Shown: one piece after another, positions 24,674 to 27,204 of the stretch
How the letters are laid out: each line of letters starts with the position of its first letter
Numbering within the stretch: the first letter of the stretch is position 1
IMG/VR virus record: IMGVR_UViG_3300038300_000055
Location: 1-27,204 of that record
Origin: a virus
Taxonomy: Duplodnaviria > Caudoviricetes
DNA: 27,204 bases
Direction: 5' to 3' (one strand)
Notes under the pieces: generated by a model
Database searches by the model: none
Seen by the model: the letters and a program-made list of their open reading frames with translations, nothing else
What the model was told of the DNA's origin: nothing
Made by a program: the position numbers and the translations under genes

Positions 24674-26473
24674 TTAAGTAGTTGAAGTATATCCATTCTT
24701 CTTAATTAAGTTTATCTCTTTATCAAACAAATCTAGTGGTAAGTTAGAATTATGACTTATAACATAAATTGACTTACCTTGTTTCTGTGTCATTAACTTG
24801 AATAAGTTCAGTACATCTTCTCTTCCATTATCATCCAATCCACCATCTAGTAACTCATCAATAACCATAACATTCAAATCTATTGAGTTTTGAATCTTAC
24901 TTATGTCTATAATAGAAAGAAGAATCGCAACATCTATTCTAGCTTTCTCTCCTCCAGAGAATGAGTGATATTGAAGAGGGTCACGATTACGAGACTTGAT
25001 TGTAGCGTTAAGTAATTCATCGAAGTAAATAGAGAACTCTGCATTAAGTTCATTGAGATAAAAGTTAACTTTAGTATTCCAGAACTTGAGAACCTTCTTG
25101 ATTATATAATTCTTGATACCATCGTCAGAGAGTAACTTGCGTATATATTCGTAATACTTCCTTTGTTCTCCTAAATCTTCTAATTGAATTTCTAGTTTAT
25201 CTATCTCATCTTTCTTTTCCTGAAGTTCTTCTTCGTTTATTAATTCAAGGAAATTATTCTTCTCTCCTTTTATAGAAAGTACATCCTCCTTAATTCTTGA
25301 TTTCTCTTTCTTTAAATCTTCAATCTCACGAACTTGATTCTTCGCTTCTTCAAGTTTATTATCTAAAATATCAATCTTCTTGATTATTTGTTCTTCTTTC
25401 TCAATTAATAGATTTCTCTTATCATTTGCTTCTTTTATTTGAGAGACACAAACTTCTACTTGAGATTCTAATTCACTCATGTGTTCTTTAATATGGTCAG
25501 AACTAGTCTCTGTATTACAAATAGGACATGTTGGTTTATTCTTTAATTGTTTCAGTCTATTGTTACTAGTGTTCTTTAAAGCATTGTTTTCATGCTCAAC
25601 ATTTGATAAATCGTCTTGTTTATCTTTATTAGTCTCTAGGTGTTTTTTTAATAAATCTTTGTTTTTATTGATACCTGTTTCATCTTCTATTTTATCTTCA
25701 ATCTCTTTAGTCTCATCGTTGATTTCCTTTAGTCTAGTTTTTATCTTATTAAGTTTGCTTTTCTTCTTATCTTCAAATTCCTCTGCTTTCTCTTTCAACT
25801 TGGAGATATTCTCCTCCATTGAAACACAAGAGTTTTTGCCTAATTCATATTCTTTCTCCGATACTTTAAGTTCGGATTTAAGAGAAAGAGATTCTTCTTT
25901 TGCTTTTTCCGCCATGCAACCAAACACGGAAACACCAAGTATGTCCTCGATAATCTCCCGTTTCTTCTTAGTATCAAGGTCAAGGAAAGGAGAAGTATAT
26001 GTATTGGACATAATCAAAAGGTGACTCAATGTGTTGAAGTTTGATGCAATTAGGTCATCAATTCTCTTCTGAGTAAACTTCTTTGCACTATCTTCAATCT
26101 CGTCTTTATTCTTTTTGGTGTCCTCATCTCCCTCGTTGTAATTCTCGTATAACTTCAAGAAACCAGGTTTGATGCCACGATGGATTAAATAATCTTTATC
26201 TTCAATGGAGAATAAAAGTTTAACTTCACATGCTTTTCCTCCGTTTATTGTATTGGGGAGGTCTGGTAATGTTATCTTTCTAACTGGTTTCCCAAACAAA
26301 CCAAACATCAAAGAATCAATAAATACAGAGGATTTCCCAACACCATTCTTAGTGTTGTTGTCTAAATTATCGCCAGTTACCCTATAAAGTCCTTCCCTAA
26401 AATCAATCGTTAACCACTTGTTTCCTACTGATAGGAAATTCTTCATAGAGACTTTTTGTATAGAAACTTTCAT
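24674..26473 (-). CDS. 46: gp46 Rad50/SbcC-like recombination ATPase
   Basis: KNFLSVGN, Walker A NGVGKSS, zinc hook CPIC, signature FSGGE, Walker B VIDE, H-loop ISH. Confidence 0.96.
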   Translation of the reverse strand: MKVSIQKVSMKNFLSVGNKWLTIDFREGLYRVTGDNLDNNTKNGVGKSSVFIDSLMFGLFGKPVRKITLPDLPNTINGGKACEVKLLFSIEDKDYLIHRGIKPGFLKLYENYNEGDEDTKKNKDEIEDSAKKFTQKRIDDLIASNFNTLSHLLIMSNTYTSPFLDLDTKKKREIIEDILGVSVFGCMAEKAKEESLSLKSELKVSEKEYELGKNSCVSMEENISKLKEKAEEFEDKKKSKLNKIKTRLKEINDETKEIEDKIEDETGINKNKDLLKKHLETNKDKQDDLSNVEHENNALKNTSNNRLKQLKNKPTCPICNTETSSDHIKEHMSELESQVEVCVSQIKEANDKRNLLIEKEEQIIKKIDILDNKLEEAKNQVREIEDLKKEKSRIKEDVLSIKGEKNNFLELINEEELQEKKDEIDKLEIQLEDLGEQRKYYEYIRKLLSDDGIKNYIIKKVLKFWNTKVNFYLNELNAEFSIYFDELLNATIKSRNRDPLQYHSFSGGEKARIDVAILLSIIDISKIQNSIDLNVMVIDELLDGGLDDNGREDVLNLFKLMTQKQGKSIYVISHNSNLPLDLFDKEINLIKKNGYTSTT

Positions 26474-26491
26474 ATTTCTCCCTGTAAACGT

Positions 26492-26507
26492 TATAATATA
26501 TATTATA
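26492..26507. promoter_or_regulatory. Perfect 16-bp palindrome carrying TATAAT on both strands (bidirectional promoter candidate)
   Basis: TATAATATATATTATA, centred between divergent ATGs at 26473 and 26527. Confidence 0.55.
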
Positions 26508-26526
26508 CTATAAAAAGGAGAGAATT

Positions 26527-26832
26527 ATGAGCGGAAAACGTACATACCCAGGTCCAGACTCGTTCCAGCAAGGTTTGGAGGCAAGAGTCCAAATGGCGGA
26601 GAAGATTAGTGAACTCGAAAAGAAGACTGGTCATGAGGTAACGGAAGAGGATTTCATGAGGGTTCTTGAGAAGGTTCAAGATATTCAAGATAAGGATGAG
26701 AAAGAGAAGAAGGATAGAAAGACTAAGAAAAACACGATAGAAGAGGATTTCTCGAAGGGTTCCGTTAGAAATCAACCATGTCCACTTTGCGGTAAGAAAT
26801 TGAAGAAGTGTATTTGTGGTTTACTTTTATAA
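26527..26832 (+). CDS. Small protein with C-terminal SEC-C-like zinc motif
   Basis: RNQPCPLCGKKLKKCICG; AAGGAG SD. Confidence 0.7.
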   Translation: MSGKRTYPGPDSFQQGLEARVQMAEKISELEKKTGHEVTEEDFMRVLEKVQDIQDKDEKEKKDRKTKKNTIEEDFSKGSVRNQPCPLCGKKLKKCICGLLL

Positions 26833-26835
26833 ATA
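26828..26835 (+). promoter_or_regulatory. Late promoter TATAAATA (plus strand)
   Basis: Exact motif overlapping the stop codon at 26830-26832. Confidence 0.75.
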
Positions 26836-26861
26836 ATTGAAAATACAATCCGGAGAAATCA

Positions 26862-27204
26862 ATGCGTAAAGAATTTGTAAACCTCGTTGAGTCAAGAAAT
26901 ATACAACTAATGGAACTTGCTAGTGGTGCTATTACGCATCTTGCTAATGACCTTGGGGTTTCTGAAGAAGAAATCATCAAAAAAGCAACTGAATTGGGTA
27001 TTGATGTTGAGGGAGAATTCACTGCAGATGATATTACCAATATTTACACTGCTTATGATGTAGAAGAAAAGGAAGCAAGAGCAAAAGCAAAGGCGGAAAT
27101 TGATGCTATCTATGGTAAAAAAACAGATGGTGAAGATGGCGCAGGTGGTGATTTTGTTTTATCTTTCTCTGATGCGGACGAATACATGGAACTTCAAAAG
27201 GATT
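26862..27204 (+). CDS. Partial late protein with IF2 N-terminal-like (or HTH-like) segment
   Basis: Not in the ORF track. MRKEFVNLVES...ITHLANDLGVSEEEIIKKATELGIDVEGEFTADDITNI... stays open to the window end; GGAG SD. Confidence 0.75.
   Translation, partial: MRKEFVNLVESRNIQLMELASGAITHLANDLGVSEEEIIKKATELGIDVEGEFTADDITNIYTAYDVEEKEARAKAKAEIDAIYGKKTDGEDGAGGDFVLSFSDADEYMELQKD

Noticed and set aside
99-27040. The many short antisense or overlapping ORFs in the track (e.g. 99-302, 1990-2382, 14767-15201, 25479-26024, 26765-27040)
   Set aside because: They overlap well-supported genes on the other strand or frame and show no recognisable motifs.
1-27204. Stop-codon reassignment, introns, inteins or tRNAs
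   Set aside because: Core genes are full length and uninterrupted in the standard code, TAA, TAG and TGA all end genes, and intergenic gaps are short with no cloverleaf noticed.

Overview
This AT-rich window comes from a large T4-like (myovirus-type) bacteriophage genome and uses the standard genetic code. The left end holds head morphogenesis genes on the minus strand: prohead protease gp21 (truncated at the window edge), a 49-aa gp67-like ORF, portal gp20 and head completion nuclease gp4. RNase H follows on the plus strand. A long minus-strand block of mostly accessory genes comes next, marked by T4 late promoters (TATAAATA; 13 copies upstream of genes across the window). That block contains proteins with T4 capsid-targeting-like N-termini (one looks like a small ADP-ribosyltransferase) and a phospholipase A2-like protein. 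It also has three paralogous PKD/LRR/LamG-like adhesin genes, a 35-aa 'empty' fourth copy made of only their N- and C-terminal motifs, a 918-aa fibre-like protein with an internal direct repeat, a GIY-YIG protein, very acidic core-like proteins and a triple-domain glycosyltransferase. The right end carries uvsW, uvsY and gp46, an oppositely oriented HTH-like gene, a SEC-C motif protein and a partial late gene with an IF2 N-terminal-like segment. All family calls come from motif recognition by eye; no database searches were run.
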